From: Oscillospiraceae bacterium
Lineage (GTDB): Bacteria > Bacillota > Clostridia > Oscillospirales > Acutalibacteraceae
Direction: 5' to 3'
Length of the DNA: 64,000 bases
Assembly: GCA_031270605.1 (NCBI GenBank)
Contig: JAISXG010000070.1
Coordinates: 10,482-74,481, forward strand
Under the pieces are notes generated by a model that was not told where the DNA came from, did no database searches, and was given only the letters and a program-made list of their open reading frames with translations. Below, piece by piece: positions 9,428 to 19,598 of this stretch. The translations under genes and the position numbers were made by a program. Every line of letters starts with the position of its first letter. The stretch's first letter is position 1.

Positions 9428-11908
9428 TTATTCATCGTGATATTCCTCAACAATAAACCCTTCCAGAATATCGCCCTCTTTGATATCGTTGAACTTATGC
9501 AGTCCGATGCCGCATTCATAGCCGGATGAAACCTCGCGCATGTCGTCCTTAAAGCGTTTGAGCGACGAAATTTCGTCCTCCGCGACCACAATGCCGTTGC
9601 GCACCACGCGGATTTTGCAGCTTCTGGTGATTTTGCCGTCCTGCACATAGGAACCGGCAATCACGCCCGCGGTTGAAAGCTTGAACACATTGCGCACCTC
9701 GGCGCGGCCCATCTCAACATCGCGGAACTTCGGGGCAAGCATGCCCTTGATGGCGGACTTAACATCGTCGATACAGTCATAGATCACGCGGTACATGCGC
9801 ATCTGCACATTGTCACGCTCGGCGTTCACAATCGCGACGGTGTCGGGGCGCACGTTGAAGCCGACGATAATCGCGTTTGACACCTGCGCCAGGCGGATGT
9901 CCGATTCGTTGATCGCGCCCACGGTTCCGTGAATGACACGCACGCGCACCTCTTCATTGGAAAGGCGCTCAAGGCTTTGGCGCACGGCTTCCACAGAGCC
10001 CTGCACATCCGCCTTCACAATAATGTTAAGGTCTTTCAGCTCGCCCGCCGCAATGGATTCAAACAGGTTCTCAAGCGTGACGCTCTTCTGAGAACCGAAC
10101 ACTTTTTCTTTCTCCTCATGCTTGCGCTGCTCCACAAGCTCGCGCGCAAGACGCTCGTCAGAAACGGCGTCAAACGCGTCGCCCGCGCGGGGCGTTTCGT
10201 CAAGACCGGTGATTTCAACAGGCACCGAGGGGCCTGCTTCGTCCACCTTTTCGCCGCGGTCGTTCGTCATCACGCGCACGCGGCCGACTGTGGTGCCCGC
10301 AACGATAATATCGCCGGTTTTCAGCGTGCCGTTCTGCACAAGCAGCGTGGCGACCGGGCCGCGGCCCTTGTCAAGCCGCGCCTCAATCACAATACCCTTG
10401 CCCGGGCGGTTGGGATTTGCGCGCAGCTCTTTCATTTCGGCCACCAGCAGCACCGATTCGAGCAGCTTGTCAAGATTCATTTTTGTTTTTGCCGAAACGG
10501 GCACGCAAATCGTTTCGCCGCCCCACTCCTCGGGAACAAGCCCGTGCTCGGTGAGCTGCTGCATGATTTTATCGGGTGCGGCGCCCTCTTTGTCCATTTT
10601 ATTGATCGCCACGACAATGCCGACCTCCGCGGCCTTTGCGTGGTTGATCGCTTCGATTGTCTGGGGCATAATGCCGTCGTCCGCGGCCACCACCAAAATG
10701 GCGATGTCCGTCGACTTCGCGCCGCGCGCGCGCATCTCTGTGAACGCGGCGTGGCCGGGCGTGTCAAGGAAGGTGATATCCTGCCCCTGCAGGTTCACCC
10801 GGTAAGCGCCGATATGCTGGGTGATGCCGCCTGCCTCTGTTTCTGTGACGGCGGTGTTGCGCAGCGCGTCAAGCAGCGAGGTTTTGCCGTGGTCGACGTG
10901 ACCCATGACCACAACCACCGGGTCGCGGCTCTGCAAATCGTCTTCACTGTCCGAGCTGTCGTCGATAATGCGGTCTTCAATCGTCACAATGACCTCGCGC
11001 TCAACCTTTGCGCCAAGCTCTGTCGCGACCAGCTCCGCAGTGTCAAAGTCTATTGTTTCATTGATCGACGCCATTACTCCCAAAGAGGTGAATAATTTTT
11101 TGATGACCTCCGCCGCCGTCATTTTGAGCTTCAAGGCCAGGTCGCCGACCGTGATTTCGTCGCCCACAACAATTTTGATGCTCTTTTTGGCGCGCTCGGC
11201 CGCAATACGCTTAAGGCGCTCAAACTCGGTTTCCCTTCTGTGGCTGCGCGTGCCCTGCTTGCGGTACTGCTGCGATTTCTGCTTGATTTTCTGCTTGGTC
11301 GTCTCCTGGTCCTTCAATACATTCTGGCCGGGAGTGATTTTTTCATATTTTTCGTCATATTTTTCGAGCTTGACGTCGCTTGTGCGCGTGTCAACGGTTT
11401 TGCGCTCACCCTTGGTTCTTGCCTGAATGGATTGATCCCCGCCTTCTTTTTTGCCCTCTTTTTTCACAAAGGGTTTTGCGGGCGCGGCCGGCTTATGCTC
11501 GGGCCGCTGGGCGGGGGGCGCGCTCTTTTTGCCTGATTGCTGCTCTGTTTTTGTTTTCACCGCTTGCATGTTTTCACCTTTTGGAGCCGGCGTTTTACCG
11601 CCCTGCGTATGTTTTTCCTGTTTTTGGGACGCACCTTGGGGGGCCGCCGCCTTTTCGGGCGCGGCTGCCTGCGACTGTTTTTTCGCGGCTCTCTCCTCAG
11701 CAGACAAAGCCGTCGCGAAATACGCGTCCAGGCTGGGCAATGCGGATTCCTGCGTCAGGCGGTCAAAAATATAGTCAAGCTCATCCGGCAGCAGCGCCGT
11801 CTGGTGCTTTTTCTCATCCGCAAATTGCTCCTTGAGCAAATCCACAATCCCGTTGCTTTTCATATTAAAGTCCTTGGCGACTTCATGCACTCTGTACTTA
11901 ATTACCAT
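9428..11908 (-). CDS. infB: Translation initiation factor IF-2
   Basis: 826 aa. GTPase motifs [13 protein letters not shown] and NKMD, with a charged low-complexity N-terminal region. Confidence 0.95.
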   Translation of the reverse strand: MVIKYRVHEVAKDFNMKSNGIVDLLKEQFADEKKHQTALLPDELDYIFDRLTQESALPSLDAYFATALSAEERAAKKQSQAAAPEKAAAPQGASQKQEKHTQGGKTPAPKGENMQAVKTKTEQQSGKKSAPPAQRPEHKPAAPAKPFVKKEGKKEGGDQSIQARTKGERKTVDTRTSDVKLEKYDEKYEKITPGQNVLKDQETTKQKIKQKSQQYRKQGTRSHRRETEFERLKRIAAERAKKSIKIVVGDEITVGDLALKLKMTAAEVIKKLFTSLGVMASINETIDFDTAELVATELGAKVEREVIVTIEDRIIDDSSDSEDDLQSRDPVVVVMGHVDHGKTSLLDALRNTAVTETEAGGITQHIGAYRVNLQGQDITFLDTPGHAAFTEMRARGAKSTDIAILVVAADDGIMPQTIEAINHAKAAEVGIVVAINKMDKEGAAPDKIMQQLTEHGLVPEEWGGETICVPVSAKTKMNLDKLLESVLLVAEMKELRANPNRPGKGIVIEARLDKGRGPVATLLVQNGTLKTGDIIVAGTTVGRVRVMTNDRGEKVDEAGPSVPVEITGLDETPRAGDAFDAVSDERLARELVEQRKHEEKEKVFGSQKSVTLENLFESIAAGELKDLNIIVKADVQGSVEAVRQSLERLSNEEVRVRVIHGTVGAINESDIRLAQVSNAIIVGFNVRPDTVAIVNAERDNVQMRMYRVIYDCIDDVKSAIKGMLAPKFRDVEMGRAEVRNVFKLSTAGVIAGSYVQDGKITRSCKIRVVRNGIVVAEDEISSLKRFKDDMREVSSGYECGIGLHKFNDIKEGDILEGFIVEEYHDE

Positions 11909-12218
11909 ACGCCGACCCCTCCTTGTTTCTCAGTTCCCTTAATGTATTTGCAAATCCTTCATCGTTTACGCTCATAACGCCTGCTTTTTTGCCGATTGCC
12001 GTTTTGATGTCTTCCATCCCGTAGTCTGTCACGATTAAGGGGGAAGATGCGCAAAGCGTTTTCATTTCTTCAACCAGCCGCGCCGACGCATCCGCCGTCA
12101 TGATGCAAAGAAACGCCTTTTTGTCCCGAATCGACTGCTTTGCGGCGTCGTGCCCCACGCTGAGCCTGCCTGCCCTCATGCAAAGCCCGAGCATAGATAA
12201 AAACCGGTCACTGTTCAT
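11898..12218 (-). CDS. L7Ae/L30e-family RNA-binding protein (YlxQ-like)
   Basis: 106 aa, in the conserved nusA-ylxR-ylxQ-infB position. Overlaps both neighbours. Confidence 0.8.
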   Translation of the reverse strand: MNSDRFLSMLGLCMRAGRLSVGHDAAKQSIRDKKAFLCIMTADASARLVEEMKTLCASSPLIVTDYGMEDIKTAIGKKAGVMSVNDEGFANTLRELRNKEGSAYGN

Positions 12219-12480
12219 GTTCGGTCAGCTCCCTTTCTATGCCGTCATAGACCTCTTCGGGCACCTGCACCTCAAACGCGCGCTCAAAACGCTTTGCCTT
12301 GCGTGCCTTGGCAAAGCACTCCCTGCTCTTACAGATGTATGCGCCGCGCCCGTTCTTGCGCCCCGTGAGGTCAAGGCTCACATCACCTTCGGGGGATTTC
12401 ACAACGCGCACAAGCTCCCGCTTGGGTTTCATCTCGCCGCATCCCGTGCATTTGCGCATCGGAACCTTTTTTTTCTGCAA
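12208..12480 (-). CDS. ylxR: YlxR-family (DUF448) RNA-binding protein
   Basis: 90 aa. RKCTGCGE...GRGAY motif. Confidence 0.85.
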   Translation of the reverse strand: MQKKKVPMRKCTGCGEMKPKRELVRVVKSPEGDVSLDLTGRKNGRGAYICKSRECFAKARKAKRFERAFEVQVPEEVYDGIERELTEHEQ

Positions 12481-12542
12481 AAAACCATCTCCGTTATTGA
12501 TTCAATGAAGGCAAGCCGCAAAGAAAACGGCAAGCCAAAAAT

Positions 12543-13622
12543 TCACAGCTGATACACCGCGCCACCCGCTTCGCTCTCGGGGCGGATGTCGATTTTCCAG
12601 CCGGTCAGCCTCGCCGCAAGGCGGGCGTTCTGCCCTTTGTTGCCGATGGCCAGAGAAAGCTGGCCGTCGGGCACGCTCACACGGCAGGACTTCGCTTCAA
12701 AGTCCTCAACGACCACGCTGAGAATTTCAGCGGGTGCGAGCGCCGCCGCGATAAAGGTGGGGATGTCGTCGCTGTAGCGCACGATATCGATCTTCTCGCC
12801 GCCCAGCAGGTCAACGACCTTGCCCACACGCGCGCCGCGCGGGCCGATGCACGCGCCCACGGGGTCGACGTTTTCGTCTTTTGAATACACGGCCATTTTT
12901 GTTCTTGACCCTGCCTCGCGCGACACGGACTTGATCTCGACCGTGCCGTCATAAATTTCGGGCACCTCGGCCTCGAACAGGCGTTTGACAAGGTTCGGGT
13001 GCGTTCTTGAAATCATGGCCTTGGGGCCTTTTCCCTTGTTGTCGTCCTCAACGTCCACAATATAAATCTTGATCAGGTCGCCGGGGTTGAACGTTTCGCC
13101 CGGCACCTGCTCGCCTTTGGGCAAAATCGCCTCGGCCTTGCCGATTTCAAGCGTCACATGGCCGGTTTTCTGGTCGACGCTCTGCACCTTGGCGGTGACG
13201 ATCTCCTGATTCTTGCTCTGGAACTCCTGCAGCACCTGGCCCTGCTCGGCCTCGCGGATGCCCTGGCGGAACACATGCTTGACCTTCTGCGCGGCGATTC
13301 TGCCGAACTTTTTGGTGTCGAGCGGAATTTCCACAATGTCGCCGGGCAGCGTGCCGGGCTTATATTGGTCAGCGTCCTCGGGCAAAATGTCAAGGTATGG
13401 GTCTGAAATTTCAGAAACGACGTTCTTGCGCACATAGACGCGCAAGGTATAATTTTCGGGATCTATTTCACAGACCACAGCGTCTTTTCCGCCGTAATCA
13501 TTCTTCGCCGCAACAATGATCGCGTTGCTGATGGTCTCATAAAGCAGCTTGGCAGGAATACCCCTTTCCTTTTCCAGCAGCTTTACCGCTTCAAAAAATT
13601 CTTTCTCCATTTTTCCAAACAC
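12543..13622 (-). CDS. nusA: Transcription termination/antitermination factor NusA
   Basis: 359 aa. N-terminal, S1 and KH domains, with the motif [11 protein letters not shown]. Confidence 0.95.
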   Translation of the reverse strand: MFGKMEKEFFEAVKLLEKERGIPAKLLYETISNAIIVAAKNDYGGKDAVVCEIDPENYTLRVYVRKNVVSEISDPYLDILPEDADQYKPGTLPGDIVEIPLDTKKFGRIAAQKVKHVFRQGIREAEQGQVLQEFQSKNQEIVTAKVQSVDQKTGHVTLEIGKAEAILPKGEQVPGETFNPGDLIKIYIVDVEDDNKGKGPKAMISRTHPNLVKRLFEAEVPEIYDGTVEIKSVSREAGSRTKMAVYSKDENVDPVGACIGPRGARVGKVVDLLGGEKIDIVRYSDDIPTFIAAALAPAEILSVVVEDFEAKSCRVSVPDGQLSLAIGNKGQNARLAARLTGWKIDIRPESEAGGAVYQL

Positions 13623-13674
13623 GTTCCTTCCGCATTAAAATAAGATATCTTCTGTTCTTTCCTGAGATAAAGCT

Positions 13675-14160
13675 TTAATCAAACCCTTCAAAGTCGTCGA
13701 GCCGAACCCACGAGCAGGCCTTTTTGTCAACGAGAAAATCCTCTTCGCCCGCGCGGCGCAGGGTCACAACGCCGTTTTCATAGCCTTCGAGCGTGCCCGA
13801 AAGCTCTTTCACGCCGTCGACGGCCTTTTGCAGCTTGAGCTTGACGTCCGCCCCGATAAACTGCAAAAAGTGCTCGTCGCGCACAAGCTCGCGCTCGATT
13901 CCCGCGGAGCTGACCTGCAAATTATAGCTCTGCTCGATCGGGTCAAGCTCGTCGAGCGGACCGTCGATCGCATGATGCAGGGCAACGCAGTCGTCAATGG
14001 AAACGCCGCCCTCTTTATCGATAATAATACGCAAATACCATGTTGCGCCCTCCTTGAGAAAGCGCACGTCCCAGAGCCGCAGGCCGAGATCTTCGGCAAG
14101 GGGCCGGGCAAGCTCCCACACAACATTCACGGTATTGGAGCCTTTCTTTTTTTCGGCCAA
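13675..14160 (-). CDS. rimP: Ribosome maturation factor RimP
   Basis: 161 aa, in the conserved first position of the nusA-infB operon. Confidence 0.9.
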   Translation of the reverse strand: MAEKKKGSNTVNVVWELARPLAEDLGLRLWDVRFLKEGATWYLRIIIDKEGGVSIDDCVALHHAIDGPLDELDPIEQSYNLQVSSAGIERELVRDEHFLQFIGADVKLKLQKAVDGVKELSGTLEGYENGVVTLRRAGEEDFLVDKKACSWVRLDDFEGFD

Positions 14161-14343
14161 AACAAGCCCTCCTGAAATTTATTCGGTATCGTACCGCCTC
14201 CCGATGCAAACGGGGAACAGCATAAAACGGCATACCAAAAATAGTATTCCAAAAAAAATCGTTACATTTTCAAAATGAGCAAAGAAAAGAGCGGGTCGCC
14301 CCACTCTGTCTACTTTCCACTCTAATTGTCAACAGTATAACAC

Positions 14344-14371
14344 AGCTTGCCAAAAATAGCAAGCTTTTTTT
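14344..14371 (+). terminator. Hairpin plus T7 run separating the XRE islet from the rimP promoter region
   Basis: agcttgc-caaaaata-gcaagct followed by ttttttt. The orientation fits a + strand terminator although no + gene lies upstream. Confidence 0.35.
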
Positions 14372-14421
14372 AATAATTTCTTATAAAAATGGGAATTTCT
14401 GGATACTTATCATCAATTCGT

Positions 14422-14664
14422 CTATTTTATTTCCTGTTCAAGGCTGTCAAATTCGGGCGTGCTGAAAAATTCGCTTAATGTGATTTCCAGCCCATCGCAA
14501 ATTTTCTTGATGGTTGCGACTTCGGGGCTTTTGCTCTTCTGCCCTAAAATGCTGTAAATTGTGGAACGGTCCATGCCGCATAAATCGGCAAGACTGCCGG
14601 GGTTGTGCCCATAAAGCGCACATAATTGCAGAATTCTGTCCGCAATCGCATCTTTCAACGTCAT
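14422..14664 (-). CDS. XRE-family HTH regulator, paralogue 1
   Basis: 80 aa from the ATG at 14664, with a GGGGGG RBS 7 nt upstream. C-terminus LSEFFSTPEFDSLEQEIK is shared with paralogues 3 and 4. Confidence 0.75.
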   Translation of the reverse strand: MTLKDAIADRILQLCALYGHNPGSLADLCGMDRSTIYSILGQKSKSPEVATIKKICDGLEITLSEFFSTPEFDSLEQEIK

Positions 14665-14694
14665 AACCCAGCCCCCCAACACACCGCAGCTTGT

Positions 14695-14928
14695 CTATTT
14701 CAACAATTCATCATATGTGGTGCCTAAAATATCTCTTATCGCGCGTAATTGCACAGCCTGTATATGCTGTATGCCGCGTTCAATCTTCACAAGGGCTTCC
14801 CTTGTCATTGAAATGCCCCGCAAATCCATTTGCCGCACAAGCTCTGTTTGCCGAACACTTTTTTCTTTGCGGATGCGGCATATATTTTTACCAATTCGGA
14901 TTTCATCCTGTTTTATTTTTTGTTCCAT
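14695..14928 (-). CDS. XRE-family HTH regulator, distinct type
   Basis: The internal start MEQKIKQDEIRIGKNICRIRKEK... avoids overlap with the upstream gene. Classic HTH_3 layout. Confidence 0.65.
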   Translation of the reverse strand: MEQKIKQDEIRIGKNICRIRKEKSVRQTELVRQMDLRGISMTREALVKIERGIQHIQAVQLRAIRDILGTTYDELLK

Positions 14929-14944
14929 AGCATCATCCTGATAT

Positions 14945-15184
14945 TTATTGAAGCTCCTGCTCCAAACTGTTGAATTCGGGCGTATTAAAAAATTCACCAA
15001 GAGATAATTCAAGAGCATCACAAATCTTTTTTATGGTGATAACACTGATATTTCTGCGTTCCGGTTGAAGTAAACTATAAATTGTAGATGGAGATACACC
15101 CGCCATGCGGGCAAGTTCAGTATAAGAAATCTTTCTTTCAACACATAATTCTTTCAATCTCTTTATAAATGCATCTTTTAGCAT
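14945..15184 (-). CDS. XRE-family HTH regulator, paralogue 3
   Basis: 79 aa. C-terminus LGEFFNTPEFNSLEQELQ. Confidence 0.75.
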   Translation of the reverse strand: MLKDAFIKRLKELCVERKISYTELARMAGVSPSTIYSLLQPERRNISVITIKKICDALELSLGEFFNTPEFNSLEQELQ

Positions 15185-15235
15185 AACCTATCATCACCTC
15201 ATGGTAACAGATTAACAATTATTTTTCATAAATGT

Positions 15236-15251
15236 ATACGCACATGCGTAT
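15236..15251. promoter_or_regulatory. 7-2-7 palindrome upstream of XRE paralogue 3 (operator candidate)
   Basis: atacgca-ca-tgcgtat, seen in the 137-bp AT-rich spacer. Confidence 0.35.
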
Positions 15252-15321
15252 TCCTAATAAAATTTTTAGAGTTTATTTCTGTTATATAAGGGATGAAAAT
15301 AAAAAAATTGCATTCTATCAA

Positions 15322-15564
15322 CTACTGAATTTCTTGTTCAAGGTTATCAAACTCAGGTGTACTAAAAAACTCACTTAACGTAATATCAAGGCCATCACAC
15401 AGCATTTTAATAGTCAAAATTTTAGGATTCTGGCTTTTTCCATATAAAATATTCTTCACTGATGAAGGGGACAGGGCGGCACTCGTTGCTAATTTGTTAA
15501 TTGTGATATCCCGCTCATTACACAGCTGTAAAATTCGATTTCGTATAGCAGTTACTGTATCCAT
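15322..15564 (-). CDS. XRE-family HTH regulator, paralogue 4
   Basis: 80 aa. C-terminus LSEFFSTPEFDNLEQEIQ. Confidence 0.75.
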   Translation of the reverse strand: MDTVTAIRNRILQLCNERDITINKLATSAALSPSSVKNILYGKSQNPKILTIKMLCDGLDITLSEFFSTPEFDNLEQEIQ

Positions 15565-15601
15565 TCTATCACCTCCTTTTTAAAACAATATAACATTTTA
15601 C

Positions 15602-15648
15602 TTGCAAAAATAGGCTATACATGATACTATTAGGCTATATATAGCCTA
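15602..15648 (+). promoter_or_regulatory. Sigma-A-like promoter for the DUF1273 gene with an embedded operator
   Basis: TTGCAA (15602-15607), 17-nt spacer, TG-extended TACTAT (15625-15630). Half-site taggctata (15611-15619). Perfect 18-bp palindrome taggctatatatagccta (15631-15648). Confidence 0.5.
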
Positions 15649-15661
15649 TGAGGTGATATTA

Positions 15662-16129
15662 TTGAATCAGACATGCTGTTTTACAGGGCACAAAATCCTG
15701 CCCAAAGACCAAATTGAAACCATTACCAGCAACCTCAACCACACCATTGACAACCTCATTGCGCAGGGCGTAACCGACTTTCTTTCCGGCGGCCTGCTCG
15801 GCTTTGACCTGCTGGCCGCCTCGCTCGTCCTCGCAAAAAAAGAAGCAGGCGCGAACGTGCGCCTGCTGTTTGCCCTGCCCTATCCGCACCATGAACAATA
15901 CTGGACAGAGCGGCAGGAAACCCTCTTGCACAACCTCCTTTTGCACGCGGACGAAACCGTCTATGTCTCCGAAGCCTACCACCCAACCTATATGAAACGG
16001 CACAGCGCCTTTCTGGCCACCCACGCCTCGGTGTGCGTCTGCGCGCTCAAAAAGCCCCTTTGCGACACCCATCAAACCGTCCGCCTCGCCCGCGGCCTGC
16101 GGCTTCCGGTCATTAATATTTTGAAATAA
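15662..16129 (+). CDS. ypsA: DUF1273 / YpsA-like SLOG-family protein
   Basis: CCFTGHK motif near the N-terminus and overall DUF1273 layout. The likely TTG start at 15662 sits 5 nt after a GAGGTGA RBS; the track start 15653 is a GTG. Confidence 0.7.
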   Translation: MNQTCCFTGHKILPKDQIETITSNLNHTIDNLIAQGVTDFLSGGLLGFDLLAASLVLAKKEAGANVRLLFALPYPHHEQYWTERQETLLHNLLLHADETVYVSEAYHPTYMKRHSAFLATHASVCVCALKKPLCDTHQTVRLARGLRLPVINILK

Positions 16130-16191
16130 TCAGGCAGACACAAAATGCCCCCGAAGCGAAAACGCCTCGGGGGTGTGCTATTCAGTTCAGC

Positions 16192-16725
16192 TTACAGCTC
16201 CATGCCCAGCTTGACCGCCTCAATATTTTTGGGGATCAGGTGCGCTTTTTTTGCGGGAACCACCTTTTCAAACGTCTTCTCCACCGTTTCAAGGGAGGTA
16301 AAGCCCGTCACCGCGAGAAATTTGCCCAGCAAAATAATGTTGGCAAGCCCCTGCAAATTATGCTTCTCCGCAAGCTCCGCCGCCGGGACATAATAGGCCG
16401 TGATGTCCTCACGCTCCACTTTCTTGTCAATCAGCGTACTGTCAAGAATAATATTGCCGCCCGGGGCCACCGTGCCCACAAACTTGTCATAAGAAGGCAG
16501 GTTCATGACCACCAGCGTGTCCGGATTGAGCACAAGGGGCGAAGAAATTTCTTCATCTGAAATAATCACGCTGCAGTTCGCCGTGCCGCCGCGCATTTCG
16601 GGGCCGTAGGACGGCAGGTTTGTGACATTTTTATCGTCGTGCAGGCCGCAGTAGGAAATCACCTTGCCGAAAAACAGGCTTCCCTGCCCGCCGAAGCCGG
16701 CAATCAATGTTCTTAATGTGCTCAT
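16192..16725 (-). CDS. 2-oxoacid:ferredoxin oxidoreductase, gamma subunit
   Basis: 177 aa. GFGGQG motif. Last gene of a four-gene delta-alpha-beta-gamma operon. Confidence 0.85.
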   Translation of the reverse strand: MSTLRTLIAGFGGQGSLFFGKVISYCGLHDDKNVTNLPSYGPEMRGGTANCSVIISDEEISSPLVLNPDTLVVMNLPSYDKFVGTVAPGGNIILDSTLIDKKVEREDITAYYVPAAELAEKHNLQGLANIILLGKFLAVTGFTSLETVEKTFEKVVPAKKAHLIPKNIEAVKLGMEL

Positions 16726-17483
16726 TCTGCTGCGTCCCCCTTTTTCTCCGCCGTTTTGTCCTTATAAACGCCCAGCGGGTAATAGGGCAGCATGTTGTCG
16801 CGCATCCAACCGAACGCTTTTACGGGAGTCAGCCCCCAGTTTGTGGGGCAGGTGGACACGACCTCAACAATGGAGAAGCCCTTTTTGTCAATCTGCGTCT
16901 GGAACGCCTTTTTGATGGCCTTTTTCGCCTTGTTCACATTGCGCACATTGTCGACCGTCACGCGCTCGGCATAAGTCGTGCCGTCCAGCGTGGAAAGCAG
17001 CTCGCATACGCGCACGGGGTAGCCCGCCGCCGCGACGTCCCTGCCGTAGGGCGTTGTCTGCGTGATCTGCCCGGGCAATGAGGTGGGGGCCATCTGGCCG
17101 CCCGTCATGCCATAAATGGCGTTATTGACGAAAATCACCGTGATGTTCTCGCCCCTTGTGGCGGCGTGGACGGTTTCGGCCGTACCGATGGCGGCAAGAT
17201 CGCCGTCACCCTGATAAGTAAACACCACGTTGTCGGGAGCCGCGCGCTTCACGCCCGTGGCGACTGCGGGGGCCCTGCCGTGGGGGGCTTGGATCATGTC
17301 GCAGCCAAACGCGTCATAGGCCTTGACCGCACAGCCCACCGGCGCGATGCCGACGGTTTTGCCCGCGATGCCAAGCTCGTCCATCACTTCGGCCACGAGG
17401 CGGGTAATGATGCCGTGGGCGCAGCCGGGGCAATAAATATTCACAGGGAGCAGGGATTCTGTTCTTTGAAATACGGTTGCCAT
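16722..17483 (-). CDS. 2-oxoacid:ferredoxin oxidoreductase, beta (TPP-binding) subunit
   Basis: 253 aa. CPGCAHG and GDGD TPP motifs. Confidence 0.85.
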   Translation of the reverse strand: MATVFQRTESLLPVNIYCPGCAHGIITRLVAEVMDELGIAGKTVGIAPVGCAVKAYDAFGCDMIQAPHGRAPAVATGVKRAAPDNVVFTYQGDGDLAAIGTAETVHAATRGENITVIFVNNAIYGMTGGQMAPTSLPGQITQTTPYGRDVAAAGYPVRVCELLSTLDGTTYAERVTVDNVRNVNKAKKAIKKAFQTQIDKKGFSIVEVVSTCPTNWGLTPVKAFGWMRDNMLPYYPLGVYKDKTAEKKGDAAE

Positions 17484-18547
17484 TATGCGTTCCCTCCTGC
17501 CATTTTTTCAATTTCCGCCAGAATTTCGGCGGGCGTCGGGATGATGCCGCCGGTGTGTCCGAAGAAGGAGACGGGGCGGCTGCATGAAATCGCAAGACGC
17601 ACGTCGTCCACCATCTGGCCCATGCTCATTTCCACACACAAAAATTCTTTCGCATGCTCCGCAGCCTTTATCAAATCCTGTTTCGGGAAGGGCCACAGGG
17701 TGAGCGGGCGCACAAGACCGACCTTGACGCCTTTCTCACGCGCGGCCAGCACGGCGGATTTCGCGATACGCGCGCACGCGCCGTAAGAAACGATGACGTA
17801 GTCCGCGTCGTCCGTCATATAATTTTCAGCCAAAGCTTCCGTTTTTTCGATTTTTCTATATCGCTCAAACCGCTCTTTTACCGTACGCTCAAGCTCGTCC
17901 GGCGTTAAGAACAGGGAGTTGACAATATTGTGGGGGCGACGGCCGCCGTGGCCCGTTACCGCCCAGGGCTTTTCAACCATCTGCACCTCGCCCGGCTCGC
18001 AGAGCACGACCGGCTCCATCATCTGGCCGAGCATGCCGTCCGCAAGAATCATTGCGGGCATACGGTATTGGTCTGCAAGCGCGAACGCTTTGCCCACCAG
18101 GTCCACCATCTCCTGCACGGAGCAGGGGGCGAACACGAGAATATGTAAGTCGCCGTGGCCGGGGGCTTTGGTGGCCTGCCAATAATCCGCCTGCGAAGCC
18201 TGAATGCCGCCGAGGCCGGGGCCGCCGCGCTGCACATTCACGATCAGGCAGGGCAGGTCGGAGCCGCACATGTAGGAAATGGCTTCTGTTTTCAGGCTGA
18301 TCCCGGGGGAGGAGGAGGACGTCATCGCCCGCACGCCCGCGGAAGCCGCGCCCAGCACCATGTTCGCCGCCGCGATTTCAGACTCGGCCTGCAAATAGGT
18401 GCCGCCGATTTTCGGCATGCGCTTTGACATATAGGCCGCAAGCTCCGTCTGCGGCGTGATCGGGTAACCGAAGAAGTGGCGGCAGCCGTTGCGTATGGCG
18501 GCTTCTGCCAGCGCCTCGTTCCCTTTCATCAATACTCGTTCACTCAT
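17483..18547 (-). CDS. 2-oxoacid:ferredoxin oxidoreductase, alpha subunit
   Basis: 354 aa with a typical KorA/VorA sequence. Substrate (2-oxoglutarate versus branched-chain) cannot be decided from sequence. Confidence 0.85.
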   Translation of the reverse strand: MSERVLMKGNEALAEAAIRNGCRHFFGYPITPQTELAAYMSKRMPKIGGTYLQAESEIAAANMVLGAASAGVRAMTSSSSPGISLKTEAISYMCGSDLPCLIVNVQRGGPGLGGIQASQADYWQATKAPGHGDLHILVFAPCSVQEMVDLVGKAFALADQYRMPAMILADGMLGQMMEPVVLCEPGEVQMVEKPWAVTGHGGRRPHNIVNSLFLTPDELERTVKERFERYRKIEKTEALAENYMTDDADYVIVSYGACARIAKSAVLAAREKGVKVGLVRPLTLWPFPKQDLIKAAEHAKEFLCVEMSMGQMVDDVRLAISCSRPVSFFGHTGGIIPTPAEILAEIEKMAGGNA

Positions 18548-18580
18548 CTGTTTTCATTCCTTTCTGTTAGAACCTTTGCG

Positions 18581-18787
18581 CTACCGCTCCACCGTGATGG
18601 CGCACGCGGGGCACATCATGGCGCACGCGGCGCAGCCGGTGCATTTTTCATCGTCAATGCAGGCGGCGGGGTGGTAGCCCTTCTGGGTGAGCTTTTCACT
18701 GTCTAACGCGACAATGTGCCTCGGGCAGGCCTCCACGCAAAGCTCGCAGCCCTGACAGAAATTTTCATCCACAAAAATCTTCGGCAT
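18581..18787 (-). CDS. 2-oxoacid:ferredoxin oxidoreductase, delta subunit (2x[4Fe-4S] ferredoxin)
   Basis: 68 aa with two CxxCxxCxxxCP motifs. Confidence 0.85.
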   Translation of the reverse strand: MPKIFVDENFCQGCELCVEACPRHIVALDSEKLTQKGYHPAACIDDEKCTGCAACAMMCPACAITVER

Positions 18788-18830
18788 ATCTAAACCTCTT
18801 TTCCGGTATAAAATACATATATATCGGGGA

Positions 18831-19508
18831 TCACTTTCCCGCGTTCCACGGGAGATTCACAAGAACCTCCACAGGCATGATATTTTCAATTTTATCTTGC
18901 AGGCTGTCGGCAAACCGGGCGGGAACCGCCGTCGCCGCAAGGGGCAAGCCGGCAAACGCGCCGACCTCTTTTGCATATGCATAGCCCGCAAGCACGTCCT
19001 CAGGCGTTGTGAACTCAGCCACATGGGAATTGTTCACAATGCCTGTCACGGGAACATGCGAAGCCGCCTCAATCTCGCGCATCAGGCTCACTGCGTCACC
19101 CGGCAGGGCAATCAGGCTGCGGAATTTATTGACCACAAACAGCGCCTGCCAACTCTCAGACTTTAATATCTGCTCTGAGTAACGCCCCAGCGCATAGGCG
19201 CCCGCATCGTCGCCCCCCACGTCAAAAAACACAGTGCCGCTCTCTTCGCTGAACGCGGAATACACATCCGCGGGCAACGCCGGGGACTCCAGGGTGGTGT
19301 TCGCGGAAATCGGGGCGATCAGGCGAATACCCAGACGTTTAAGCTCCTCATGATAATCAGAGCTTCTGAAATAAGGGTTCACAATGTCGAGGTCAACAAC
19401 CGTCACCCGCTCACCGCGCTTTGCAAGGGCAGACGCACAGTTGAGGGTGAAATTCGTCTTGCCCGTTCCGTAATGCCCATAAACAATATTCAGCCGTTTG
19501 AACTCCAC
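18831..19508 (-). CDS. P-loop NTPase (MinD/ParA/CooC-like ATP-binding protein)
   Basis: GHYGTGKTN Walker A motif. Probable GTG start at 19508 behind a GGGGG RBS; the track ORF extends to 19562. Confidence 0.6.
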   Translation of the reverse strand: MEFKRLNIVYGHYGTGKTNFTLNCASALAKRGERVTVVDLDIVNPYFRSSDYHEELKRLGIRLIAPISANTTLESPALPADVYSAFSEESGTVFFDVGGDDAGAYALGRYSEQILKSESWQALFVVNKFRSLIALPGDAVSLMREIEAASHVPVTGIVNNSHVAEFTTPEDVLAGYAYAKEVGAFAGLPLAATAVPARFADSLQDKIENIMPVEVLVNLPWNAGK

Positions 19509-19598
19509 TGCGGCACCCCCTGCGCGCAAATGCGGCACGCGCCAAACAGCGCATGCCAGCATTTTGTTATCTTATGTTAAATCATAGCACAATCCCGC

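Noticed and set aside
9929-11095. 388-aa + strand ORF, plus several other 60-230-aa ORFs, inside infB
   Set aside because: They are antisense to the unmistakable IF-2 gene. Their Arg/His/Ala-rich composition is typical of reverse-frame artefacts in GC-rich coding DNA.
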